Assembly: GCA_002269645.1 (NCBI GenBank)
Contig: NIVC01000426.1
Location: forward strand, 248,001-312,000
Length of the DNA stretch: 64,000 bases
Reading direction: 5' to 3'
DNA from: Macrostomum lignano
Lineage: Eukaryota
Part shown: positions 27,001 to 37,758 of the stretch, in pieces
Layout: each line of letters opens with the position of its first letter
Position numbering within the stretch: the first letter of the stretch is position 1
Program-made: the position numbers and the translations under genes
The notes under the pieces: model-generated
What the model saw: the letters and a program-made list of their open reading frames with translations, nothing else
The model's database searches: none
Told to the model about the DNA's origin: nothing

Positions 27001-29689
27001 AGTGAGGCGGGAGAGAAAGACAGGAGGGGAGAGTGAGGCGGGAGAGAAAGACAGGAGGGGAGAGTGAGGCGGGGGAGGGAGACAGGAGGGGAGAGTGAGG
27101 CGGGGGAGGGAGACAGGAGGGGAGAGTGAGGCGGGGGGAGGGTGATAGGAGGGGAGAGTGAGGCGGGGGAGAGAGACAGGAGGGGAGAGTGAGGCAGGGG
27201 AGGGAGACAGGAGGGGAGAGTGAGGCGGGGGAGAGAGACAGGAGGGGAGAGTGAGGCGGGGGAGAGAGACAGGAGGGGGAGTGAGGCAGGGGAGGGAGAC
27301 AGGAGGGGAGAGTGAGTCGGGGGAGAGAGACAGGAGGGGAGAGTGAGGCGGGGGAGAGAGACAGGTGGGGAGAGTGAGGCGGGGGAGAGAGACAGGAGGG
27401 GAGAGTGAGTCGGGGGAGAGAGACAGGAGGGGAGAGTGAGTCGGGGGAGAGAGACAGGAGGGGAGAGTGAGGCGGGGGAGGGTGACAGGAGGGGAGAGTG
27501 AGACGGGGGAGGGTGACAGGAGGGGAGAGTGAGGCGGGGGAGAGAGACAGGAGGGGAGAGTGAGTCGGGGGAGAGAGACAGGAGGGGAGAGTGAGGCGGG
27601 GGAGAGAGACAGGTGGGGAGAGTGAGGCGGGGGAGAGAGACAGGAGGGGAGAGTGAGTCGGGGAGAGAGACAGGAGGGGAGAGTGAGGCGGGGAGAGAGA
27701 CAGGAGGGGAGAGTGAGGCGGGGGAGGGTGACAGGAGGGGAGAGTGAGACGGGGGAGGGTGACAGGAGGGGAGAGTGAGGCGGGGGAGAGAGACAGGAGG
27801 GGAGAGTGTGGTGGAGGAGAGACAAAGAGAGGGAAGTGGAGACAAGAGAACAATGGAACTGGCGCTTGTATGAAGGATCCGACCTGGTAGAATTGTTGAA
27901 TATCTCGACGGTCCATAGGGCTGGCGACACGTTTCTTGTTTGAGAAGGTGCTCAAAAATTTTTTTCCTGTGTTTGAATTTCGTGTTGCCTGCTGCTCCGC
28001 TCCCGCGCAGCAAGAAAAATTGTTTAAGGCGGAATTTCCTCTCGGTTAGTTTTACGGGTGCAAAAAAGGCTTGGTATTCCTACTGATAGTAGCATGCAAG
28101 CAGCAGGCAATCCCGCTCAGGCCAGTCCCCGCAGCGGCCGGTGTGCGGCACGGACGGTCGCACCTACCCGGACCAGTGCAGCCTGGACTACGAGAGCTGC
28201 TACTCGCGGTTGAATATCAGCAAGCTGAGCGACGGGCAGTGCCCATTCGGCGTCCACTGCCAGACTTGGTGTCCGCACGAGTACATGGAGTGCCGGGTGG
28301 ACCCCGGTAGCAGCCTATCAGCCTGCAGGTGCCCGACCGACTGTCCGCCAGTGTTCAGCCCGGTGTGCGGCACCGACGAGGTCACCTACGAATCCGACTG
28401 CCACCTGCGCAGGAGCGCCTGCCTGTCTGGCCGGCGGGGAGTCCGGCCGGCCTACAGGGGTGAGTGCGACCAGCCGCTGTGGTGCATCCGCCAGCGTCCG
28501 GGCGGCCGGTGCCCGCACGGTGGCATCTGTCGGGTTGGCATCGTGGAGACCTCGGTCGCTGCCGCCCCCACCTGGTCGGTGCGGGCCGGTTGCGAGCGGC
28601 CAGAGTGCGTGGAGCCGCTGACGCTGATGTGGCTGCCTGGGGCGGCAGCGGCGGCAGAGGAGGCCGAGTCCAGGCGGGTCTGCGGCAGCGATGGCGTCAC
28701 CTACCGGTCCGACTGCCACCTGCGGCAGAGGGCCTTCGACACTCGGAACAGCAGCCTGACAGTGGCCGGTCGGGGCAGCTGCAACCCGTGCCAGGGGTGA
28801 GTCTTCTGTCGTGTAGTCAGTCATTGGTATCTCCCCAGTAACCGGTGTCTCCCCTGTAACCGGTGTCTCCTCGGAAATTGGTGGTCTCCCCTGTAACCGG
28901 TATCTCACCAGTAACCGGTGTCTCCCCTGTAACCGGTGTCTTCCCAATAACCGCGGTGTCTCCTCTGTAACCGGTATCTCCCCAGTAACCGGTGTCTCCC
29001 CAGTAACCGCTGTGTCTCCCCTGTAACCGGTATCTCCCCAGTAACCGCGGTGTCTCCTCTGTAGCCGGTGTCTCCTCTGTAACCGGTGTCTCCCCGGAAA
29101 TTAGTGTCTCCCCTGTAACCAGTGCCTCCCCTCTAACTGGTGTCTCCCTGTCTCCAGTGTCTCCCCTGTAACCGGTGTCTCCCTGTCTCCAGTGTTCCCC
29201 CGTGTCACCAGTATCTCTCCCCTGGCACCAGTGTCCCCTTAAGGACCACTAGAAGTAACGGTGATGCAACGGTTTCCTTGTGTCACCTCTAAGCTGCCAC
29301 AGGAACCTTCTTCCCCAGCTATATAGATGTGCTTCAACCTTCACTTCCTGTCTATAGAACCTTCTCTCAATTAAGTGTTATGGATCGGCAAGTTTATTCA
29401 GCCAATTCTCATCCCTTCGCTCCGCAGAGTCACCTGCCCATACTACGGAGTGTGCACCATTAACGTCCGAGGCGAGCCAGTCTGCCAGTGCCCCAACAGC
29501 TGCCTGTACGTCAACGACCCCGTCTGCGGCACCGACGGCCTCACCTACACGCTGGAGTGCGACCTGCACTCGTACGCGTGCAACAATAAGCTGGACATTC
29601 GAGTGGCCTCCAAGGGCAGCTGCCCGAGCCCCAGACAGCAGCGGCGGCGACGGCGTCGGCATATTCGCCGACTGAAGCAGCAGCCTTGA
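24025..29689 (+). CDS. Secreted follistatin/Kazal-repeat protein similar to the agrin N-terminal region, about 475 aa
   Basis: Exons 24025-24514, 28121-28796 and 29428-29689 (GT-AG, phases 1 and 2, total 1428 nt). A hydrophobic N-terminal segment precedes five Kazal cores (VCGSDGRTY, VCGTDGRTY, VCGTDEVTY, VCGSDGVTY, VCGTDGLTY). The tail is RQQRRRRRRHIRRLKQQP*. Confidence 0.88.
24620..24880. repeat. Degenerate (CTACT)n microsatellite
   Basis: Read directly. Confidence 0.85.
25455..26200. repeat. 15 bp polypurine minisatellite (GGAGAGGAGACAGGG)n
   Basis: Read directly; source of several spurious ORFs. Confidence 0.95.
26620..27815. repeat. About 29 bp polypurine minisatellite (GGAGAGTGAGGCGGGGGAGAGAGACAGGAG)n
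   Basis: Read directly. Confidence 0.95.
28830..29200. repeat. About 19 bp degenerate minisatellite (GTAACCGGTGTCTCCCCT)n
   Basis: Read directly; intron 2 of the Kazal gene. Confidence 0.88.
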
Positions 29690-31029
29690 ACACGATCAAG
29701 CTAAAAAATTTTGATGGCAATTCAACATATCACCCACTAACTGGATTCTTGTCTTTGTATTTTATTCTATTTCCTGTATCCAAGAGGCAATGTCGATATG
29801 CACTTTAGCAGTGGAAATTTCCGCATAGAATGCTATACATATACAGCTAATATTCAAGTCTTTAAGGATAAGAAGTTCCATATTTATAAAAACTGTTTTT
29901 AAATAAAAGTGTAAAAACTGCGAAGATTCCCAGCCTCCCTTCTCCAAGCGATAATTTCAACATTGGGTAAGACTTATCCGTCGCAATGTACTTTTTCCAG
30001 ACGGTTATTGCAATTTCGTGTACTGCTAATTCCTAAACTTATGCGGAGCTCGTTTCTTCTTTTTGCACTTTTATACGACCTGATAAAGTACAGGTGCACT
30101 TTTATAAGTACAGGTGTACCTTTATAGTACAGATGTACTTGCAGACACGGAAAAAAAGTAACAGTAAACAAGTAAATAAAAAGTATCGCTAGCTTTTTTC
30201 ATGATTTTTTTCATCAGTAAAATCAAAATGAATATACTTTCCACTGTGGAATGTGTGCAATACATTTATTATATCAGTATATATGTAATTAAGAAAGCGA
30301 CCAGCCTTGCAAAGTAAGATTTTGACAGAGGGGACAAAAATGTGCGGCTTGGTAATAAAAAACAACAGTCAAAAATCTTAATAATAATATTTATAATAAC
30401 AATAACATTAACAAAATTAATAATAATAACAATGCGAAGAAAAAAACTTGAGCCCGCTCCACACGGAGGTGTCAAAAAATAGAAACAGGGAATATAATAA
30501 TACAGACAGTTTGAAAATAAAACCCGTATACACTACTCACTAAAAGTACACGACAAAGACAAGTGAATATGAATCCAAGTATTTATGTGCAATCCGAGTA
30601 ATAACAGCTACAGTAATGGAATCAAATAGCTCTTTGATCGGAATTCTTGATCGGAGCGAGACAGACAGTGACGTGGGCGAACAGGGTGGTCAACAAGTGC
30701 GGCATGGACTTTGAAATGATTGACAACACGGAAGACAAATGGGTTTTCTTTGACAAAAATTAACACAGCAACTAATTAATGAATAGCTTTTGCACACAAC
30801 ATTAATTACAGTTCAAATTGTATAAGTTTACAAACAAATTGCATCGAGCACGCCGATGATAAGCGCAATGATCACGTGACCCCAAACCTGCCTGCTGGTT
30901 TTGTAGCAGCTCCGATCCTGCACTGGTGGTTGCGGTTTAAATTATGAAACTTTACTTTTCTTTTTGTTTGATTTAATAATTTAAACTGAATATATAGTGA
31001 TGGTACAAGAAGTGCGTTGCATACCATAG

Positions 31030-32101
31030 CAGGGGCACCCTCTCAAGTGAAATGGCGCCCTCACACAAATGAAATGGCGTCCTCACACAAATGAAATGGC
31101 GCCCTCACACAAATGAAATGGTGCCCCCGAACAAATAAATGGCGCCCTCACACAAATGAAAAGGCGCCCTCACAAATGAAATGGCGTCCTCACACAAATG
31201 AAATGGCGCCCTCACACAAATAACATGGCGCCCTCACACAAATAAAATGGCGACCTCACACAAATAAATGGCGCCCTCACACAAATGAAATGGCGACCTC
31301 ATACAAATGAAATGGCACCCTCACACAAATGAAATGGCGCCCTCACACAACTGAAATGGCGTCCTCACACAAATGAAATGGCGTCCTCACACAAATAAAA
31401 TGGCGCCCTCACACAAATGAAATGGCGCCCTCACACAACTGAAATGGCGTCCTCACACAAATGAAATGGCGTCCTCACACAAATGAAATGGCGTCCTCAC
31501 ACAAATGAAATGGCGTCCTCACACAAATAAAATGGCGACCTCACACAAATGAAATGGCGCCCTCACACAACTGAAATGGCGTCCTCACACAAATGAAATG
31601 GCGCCCTCACACAAATGAAATGGTGCCCCCGAACAAATAAATGGCGCCCTCACACAAATGAAATGGCGCCCTCACACAACTGAAATGGCGTCCTCACACA
31701 AATGAAATGGCGTCCTCACACAAATGAAATGGCGTCCTCACACAAATGAAATGGCGTCCTCACACAAATAAAATGGCGACCTCACACAAATGAAATGGCG
31801 CCCTCACACAACTGAAATGGCGTCCTCACACAAATGAAATGGCGCCCTCACACAAATGAAATGGCGCCCTCATACAAATGAAATGGCGCCCTCATACAAA
31901 TGAAATGGCGACCTCACACAAATGAAATGGCGCCCTCACACAAATGAAATGGCGCCCTCACACAAATGAAATGGCGCCCTCACACAAATGAAATGGCGCC
32001 CTCACACAAATGAAATGGCGCCCTCACACAAATGAAATGGCGCCCTCACAAAAAGGAAATGGCACCCTTTCAAATGAAAATTAAGCTCCTGGCTAAGCCT
32101 G
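31030..32101. mobile_element. hAT-like MITE containing an expanded 24 bp array (TGAAATGGCGCCCTCACACAAA)n
   Basis: Ends are CAGG..CCTG with a perfect 8 bp direct repeat TACCATAG at 31022-31029 and 32102-32109. The right end CTGGCTAAGCCTG resembles the TIR at 19150-19164. The array occupies about 31045-32050. Confidence 0.7.
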
Positions 32102-32231
32102 TACCATAGCTAGCGCAGCAACTGACAACGTTAGCAACGCTTACTAAAATTTAACCAAAATGTAAATAACAGGAAAACAGAACAAGCCCGACCTACCCTT
32201 CAGATGTTTGATCAGCGAATTCGTTCCATGG

Positions 32232-32795
32232 TCAAGCAGGCAGCTGGGCAGTTAGATCCGGCAGCACAGAGTCGATCTCGTTAATCCAAAAGTTGGCGCA
32301 CGGGCAGTGGTACATCCGGCCAGCGTACAATATCGCCGAGCTGGAGGCCAAATAGTTCAGGCAAATGCAGCAGCGGCACTCCGGACGAGTTCCGTTTTCA
32401 GCATCATCACCGTTTGATGTGTCCGGCCGCAGGCGAATCGAATCGGCCAGCTCGGACTCGGACGGCAGCAAACCGGACGGGGTGGTGAAGAAGCCGATGA
32501 AATTCGCCCAGGCCAGGCGGAGCCGCTGCCGCCGCTCGGACAGTTGCTCGACAGGTAGCAGGCGGTGGAGCTCGGCCGCGCCCAGCAGGCGCCCGGCCAT
32601 GCGGCGGATTTCGGACAGGCATTGGACATAGTCCGAGCCGGGGCCACTGTCCAGCACCTGGACACGGTTGCAAGTGACGCGGTTTCTACCCTTGTCCGCC
32701 TGTGTCTGCCTGTCTGTGTCTGTCCGCATTGTCTTTCTGCTTGTCGGTGTCTGTCTGCCCGCATCTTTTTGCCTGTCTGTCTTAGTATCTATCCA

Positions 32796-32886
<91 letters not shown>

Positions 32887-35800
32887 CGGTCTGTCTGTCA
32901 GAAGACACACGCACCCCTACCTCTTGGCAGTCCTCAGACTCGGAGAACAGGTTGCTGCCCTCTTGAATCCTGTCCAGGGCCGCATCCAGGCACCGAGCCA
33001 GCAGTTTGTCGAAGCCGCCCTCATCTGGCCGCTCCAGCTGCTTCAGCACCTCGTATCGGTCGCGTCCGCCATCGTCTTCGTTTGGCGCTGAATCGGCGCT
33101 CGAATCCGCCACGCCAGCGCCTCCAGCAGTTGACGGGACTCCTGTGGACGCGGTGTCCGAGACTGCGTCAGCTGGTTTCGACAGCTCCAGGCTGCGGACT
33201 GAGCCCGTGTCGCCGCCGACGCTGCCGCCTCCGGTGCGCGGCTGCAGTCTGCTGGGCAAAGAGCTCAAAGCCTGGGCCATGGCCTCCTCTATGCTGATTG
33301 GCTGCTGAGGTCTGTGCAGAGTTTGGCGGTTCGATTGGTGCGTTAACAATCCAGTGCGCAGGTCATTCAAAAAGGGCAAGAAAGACAACTTGAAGATCTG
33401 GGGATCTGGGAGGCTGGCCCAGTAACTAAGGATTTGGGAAGCTGGCCCAGCAACTGAGGATCTGGGAGGCTGGCCCAGCAACTGAGGATCTGGGAGGCTG
33501 GCTTAGCAACTGAGGGTCTGGGAGGCTGGCTTAGCAACTGAGGATCTGGGAGGCTGGCTTAGCAACTGAGGGTCTGGGAGGCTGGCTTAGCAACTGAGGA
33601 TCTGGGAGGCTGGCCCAGCAACTGAGGATCTGGGAGGCTGGCTTAGCAACTGAGGGTCTGGGAGGGTGACAGTGACCAAGCAACTGAGGATGCACTCTAA
33701 ATGCTCCTGAGGATCGGAAATTCCACCACAAAAACACGCAGACCCAAAGCTCATTAAGCGCACCGAAACACGGCAAACTGGTTCTGCGATCCACCGGAAG
33801 CCTGGCGCATATCGTCGTCATTGACAACAGACACAGAGACGCCGGACTGCAGGGTGTCCAGTTCTGCAGCACCAATCGCAGGCTCAGCAAAATGAGCAGC
33901 TGGCGCGGATTCAAAGTCGGCAAATTCTGCATCATCCTCAGCAGCCTCATCCTGCCGATTTTGAGAAGCTGGATTATCCTCAACCGGAGCAGAGAAGTTG
34001 TTTCGCTGATCTGCCTGTGCAGACGCGATATTAAAATGTCCAACTGTCTGATGATGACGCTGGTGATGCTGGTTATGTCTCTGCTGCTGCTGCTCGTGAG
34101 CCTGTGGCTGGGGCTCATAATTAGACTGCTGCTCTGAGCTGGTCGGAGATGAGCAACCTGTCGTGTGCTGCTCGCTCCGCGATCCATCGCTAGACGAGCC
34201 GGATGTGTCAACAAAATCGTTGAACGAATCTTCCAACATTTTATCAGCCAATTCGTGCTTTTCAACGCTAATTGGCAGGTCTAGATCGCGCGGCTGCGGC
34301 TGCTGCTGCTGCTTTTGAGACTGCGGCTGCTGCTTGTACAGACTGGCTATGGTGTTCTTCAAGCTATCTACTTTAGTTTTGCCGCCGCTGGCAGATTCGC
34401 CAGCCGAAGCGGCGAACGTGTACGGCGGAACAGCGGCCGGGCTGCTGATCCCGCTAGAGGCGGAGAAATCTGCCCAATTGGATTCTTCGCTGCTGACGCC
34501 GCCTCCGCTGCAACCGCCACCGTTGCCAGCAGGTGACGCCGAGGCGGCCGACGGTTCAGTGGATACAAAATCACCAAAGCCATCGTCATCTGTTGCTGTT
34601 ATCGAATTTTGACGAGCAACGGAAACTGCTGGCGGATTCGACGTTGATGAAGGCGTTGAAACGGCCGCACTTGGAGCACAGCCGCCAGTCTGAACGCCGA
34701 AATCCGGCAGGGGAGCCTCAGCCAGCTGCAGCAAGGACTCCAAGGGCGGGCATACAAGCGATTCGGCCTGGCCCTGCCTAGCAACAAGCTGCTGGCACAG
34801 AGCAATCAGAGCCAGCGCCTGGCACAGCTCCGGCTCCGTCAGACGGCCGCGAACTGTTCGATTAACCCGATCCCAAACCTGGCCTAGGACTGGCCTGGGC
34901 AGGCCGGAACGTAAGAAGACCTCGTAGATTCGGCCAGTGTCCAACTGGTTAGTGGAGGGATCGTGGCACGCTTGCAGTGCGTGCAAATACAGCTGGGGCA
35001 GCGGGCCGCCTGCGAGCCAGCGGGGGAAGGACTGCGGAGTCGGCTGCGGCATGTGCTGAGGCTGCTGTTGCACTTGCTGATGCTGCTGTGGCATGTGCTG
35101 AGGCTGCTGTTGCACTTGCTGATGCTGCTGTGGCATGTGCTGAGGCTGCTGTTGCACTTGCTGATGCTGCTGTTGCACTTGCTGATGCTGCTGTGGCATG
35201 TGCTGAGTCTGCTGTTGCACTTGCTGATGCTGCTGTGGCATGTGCTGAGGCTGCTGTTGCACTTGCTGATGCTGCTGTGGCATGTGCTGATGCTGCTGTG
35301 GCATGTGCTGAGTCTGCTGTTGCACTTGCTGATGCTGCTGTGGCATGTGCTGAGGCTGCTGTTGCACTTGCTGATGCTGCTGTGGCATGTGCTGAGGCTG
35401 CTGTTGCACTTGCTGATGCTGCTGTGGCATGTGCTGAGGCTGCTGTTGCACTTGCTGATGCTGCTGTGGCATGTGCTGAGGCTGCTGTTGCACTTGCTGA
35501 TGCTGCTGTGGCATGTGCTGAGGCTGCTGTTGCACTTGCTGATGCTGCTGTGGCATGTGCTGAGGCTGCTGTTGCACTTGCTGATGCTGCTGTGGCATGT
35601 GCTGAGGCTGCTGTTGCACTTGCTGATGCTGCTGTGGCATGTGCTGAGTCTGCTGTTGCACTTGCTGATGCTGCTGTGGCATGTGCTGAGGCTGCTGTTT
35701 CACTTGCTGATGCTGCTGTGGCATGTGCTGAGGCTGCTGTTGCACTTGCTGATGCTGCTGTGGCATGTGCTGAGGCTGCTGTTGCACTTGCTGATGCTGC

Positions 35801-36747
35801 TGTGGCATGTGCTGAGGCTGCTGTTGCACTTGCTGATGCTGCTGTGGCATGTGCTGAGGCTGCTGTTGCACTTGCTGATGCTGCTGTGGCATGTGCTGAG
35901 TCTGCTGTTGCACTTGCTGATGCTGCTGTGGCATGTGCTGAGGCTGCTGTTTCACTTGCTGATGCTGCTGTGGCATGTGCTGAGGCTGCTGTTGCACTTG
36001 CTGATGCTGCTGTGGCATGTGCTGAGTCTGCTGTTGTAATTGCTGAGTTTGCTGTTGCATTTGCATTATTGATTGATGGTGCTGAGTAATGGGCTGAGTT
36101 CTTGGTTGCTGTTGCTGCGGCCTACTAGTGGAGGTTGCTCCCGAGGTAGTAGCCATAAGATTTGCAGATATAAAGTCCTCTATAGATATTTTCTTCTCCT
36201 GCTTCTCCGGTTGCTTTTTTGCAGCAGCAACAGACGGCTGGTACTGTGGCTGAGGCTGCTGAATCGGCCGCTGCGACTGCGATTGCTGCACCGATTTCAC
36301 TGGCGACGAAACGAACGAGTCAAATTCGTCGTCATCAGCTGTTGCAGACTTTGCAACCGGATACAACTTCGGCTGCTGCTGCTTTTGCTGCTGCTGAGAG
36401 CCAACGGGAAACACAATACTGCTAATTAGGGCGTCAACCGATGGCGCCGGATTCTTGGTGGCATTCTGAAATTGGCGCCGAGTTGCCTCGCGCTGCCGGC
36501 GCTGCTGATCCTCTAATCGGCGCCGCTGCTCCTGCGCCTGCCATTCCCGTTCGGCTGCGGCGGCGGCGGCCGCTGCGGCGCTGCCCGATTGAGGAGGAGC
36601 AGCTTGGCCAGCCTGGTAGAACACCAGCTGGGGAGCGTGCATAGCAACCGATGCGGCTGGATGCTGCGCCCCCGATTGCGGCGCCTGCGGGCGCTGCTGC
36701 TGCTGCTGCATCTGCTGAGCATAATTTGGCGCCGAGGTGGGGTACAT
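32232..36747 (-). CDS. SYNRG: Synergin gamma (AP-1 accessory EH-domain protein), about 1266 aa
   Basis: Exons 33764-36747, 32921-33311 and 32232-32657 (total 3801 nt). EH domain DTGRIYEVFLRSGLPRPVLGQVWDRVNRTVRGRLTEPEL; acidic phenylalanine motifs (DDGFGDF, SNWADF, DSFNDF, EFADF); DRYEVLKQL; C-terminal YAGRMYHCPCANFWIN. Confidence 0.92.
32795..32900. repeat. (GTCT)n microsatellite in SYNRG intron 2
   Basis: Read directly. Confidence 0.93.
33405..33690. repeat. 28 bp minisatellite in SYNRG intron 1
   Basis: AACTGAGGATCTGGGAGGCTGGCCCAGC repeated. Confidence 0.92.
35040..36030 (-). repeat. 42 bp coding tandem repeat (QHMPQQHQQVQQQP)n in SYNRG exon 1
   Basis: About 23 units in frame within ORF 33754-36747. 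Confidence 0.95.
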
Positions 36748-37758
36748 GCGGGCTGGGGCAGCGGGCGCCGCGCTGAAACATTAAATAATTATATTTTAAA
36801 ATAAGATTATAGAAGAGCCGGGACTACTGGCTAAAGCAGGTGTCTGCAAACTCCTACCCGCGTGCCACATGCAGCCCACAGAGCTTCCCTATAAGGCCTT
36901 AAGGGTCCGCTCCTTTCCTTTCTCTCCTCTCCCTTCTCTCATCTCATCTCCTATTTCATTTCTCTTCTAACTTCTCCTTTATCCCCTTGCCTCTCCTTTT
37001 TCTTATCTTTCCTCTCTCCCCACCTTTGGCCCGCAGCCAAGCGCTAGGTTCCCTATCTGGCTTTCGAGTTAAAAAGTTTTCCAACACCTTCGCTAAAGGC
37101 TGGGCTATCTGGAATATTTCTTTAGCTACATAGATCCGAGCAATACGAGCTACACTCTAAACACAACCTATTTAAAAACCTTTTGGCTACTCATGCTAGT
37201 AGTCTGTTAAACGTAGTCCTAGATACCAAAATGATAAAAATGACACATGTGACTATATCTAATAATTGATTCCAAACCGGAGACACACCGCATCAATTTG
37301 ACCAAGTGAACAACAAAGACTGTTTTGAAAAAGAATTGGGGCTCAAAATTCAGACAGTTGAAGAGAGACAAAATGCGCAGCAGCATAGGCGTGCACGTTG
37401 CTGTGTATATTATTTTATTATGGATTAACTGATTAATAAAAGAGATAGAAACGGTGCCTTCAGGTTATGTTGCTACTCGAACTGGTTGAGCATTTAGTTG
37501 TCAGGTAAGTGACACCTACAAGCGATGCACAAGAGCAATATTAGGACAGAGAATAAAGACAGCATAGGCTAGCAATCAATACGCATTTAGCATTCATTTT
37601 TTCATGGGGAGCTTGCACTACTCATAGTAGTAGATTAAAAGTAAATAAATTGTGGACATAACGCAGCTTAGTAACAAGTTTAAGGGAGGAGTGTGTTTAT
37701 CAAGTCCGCACTTATTCAGATAAGCCTTAGCCATGGCTTAGCAAAAAAGAAAAGGGAC

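Noticed and set aside
25420-28013. Long ORFs of 200-480 aa on both strands
   Set aside because: They arise from polypurine/polypyrimidine minisatellites inside intron 1 of the Kazal gene.
34963-36089. Plus-strand Leu-rich and Ala-rich ORFs
   Set aside because: They are antisense shadows of the SYNRG coding repeat.
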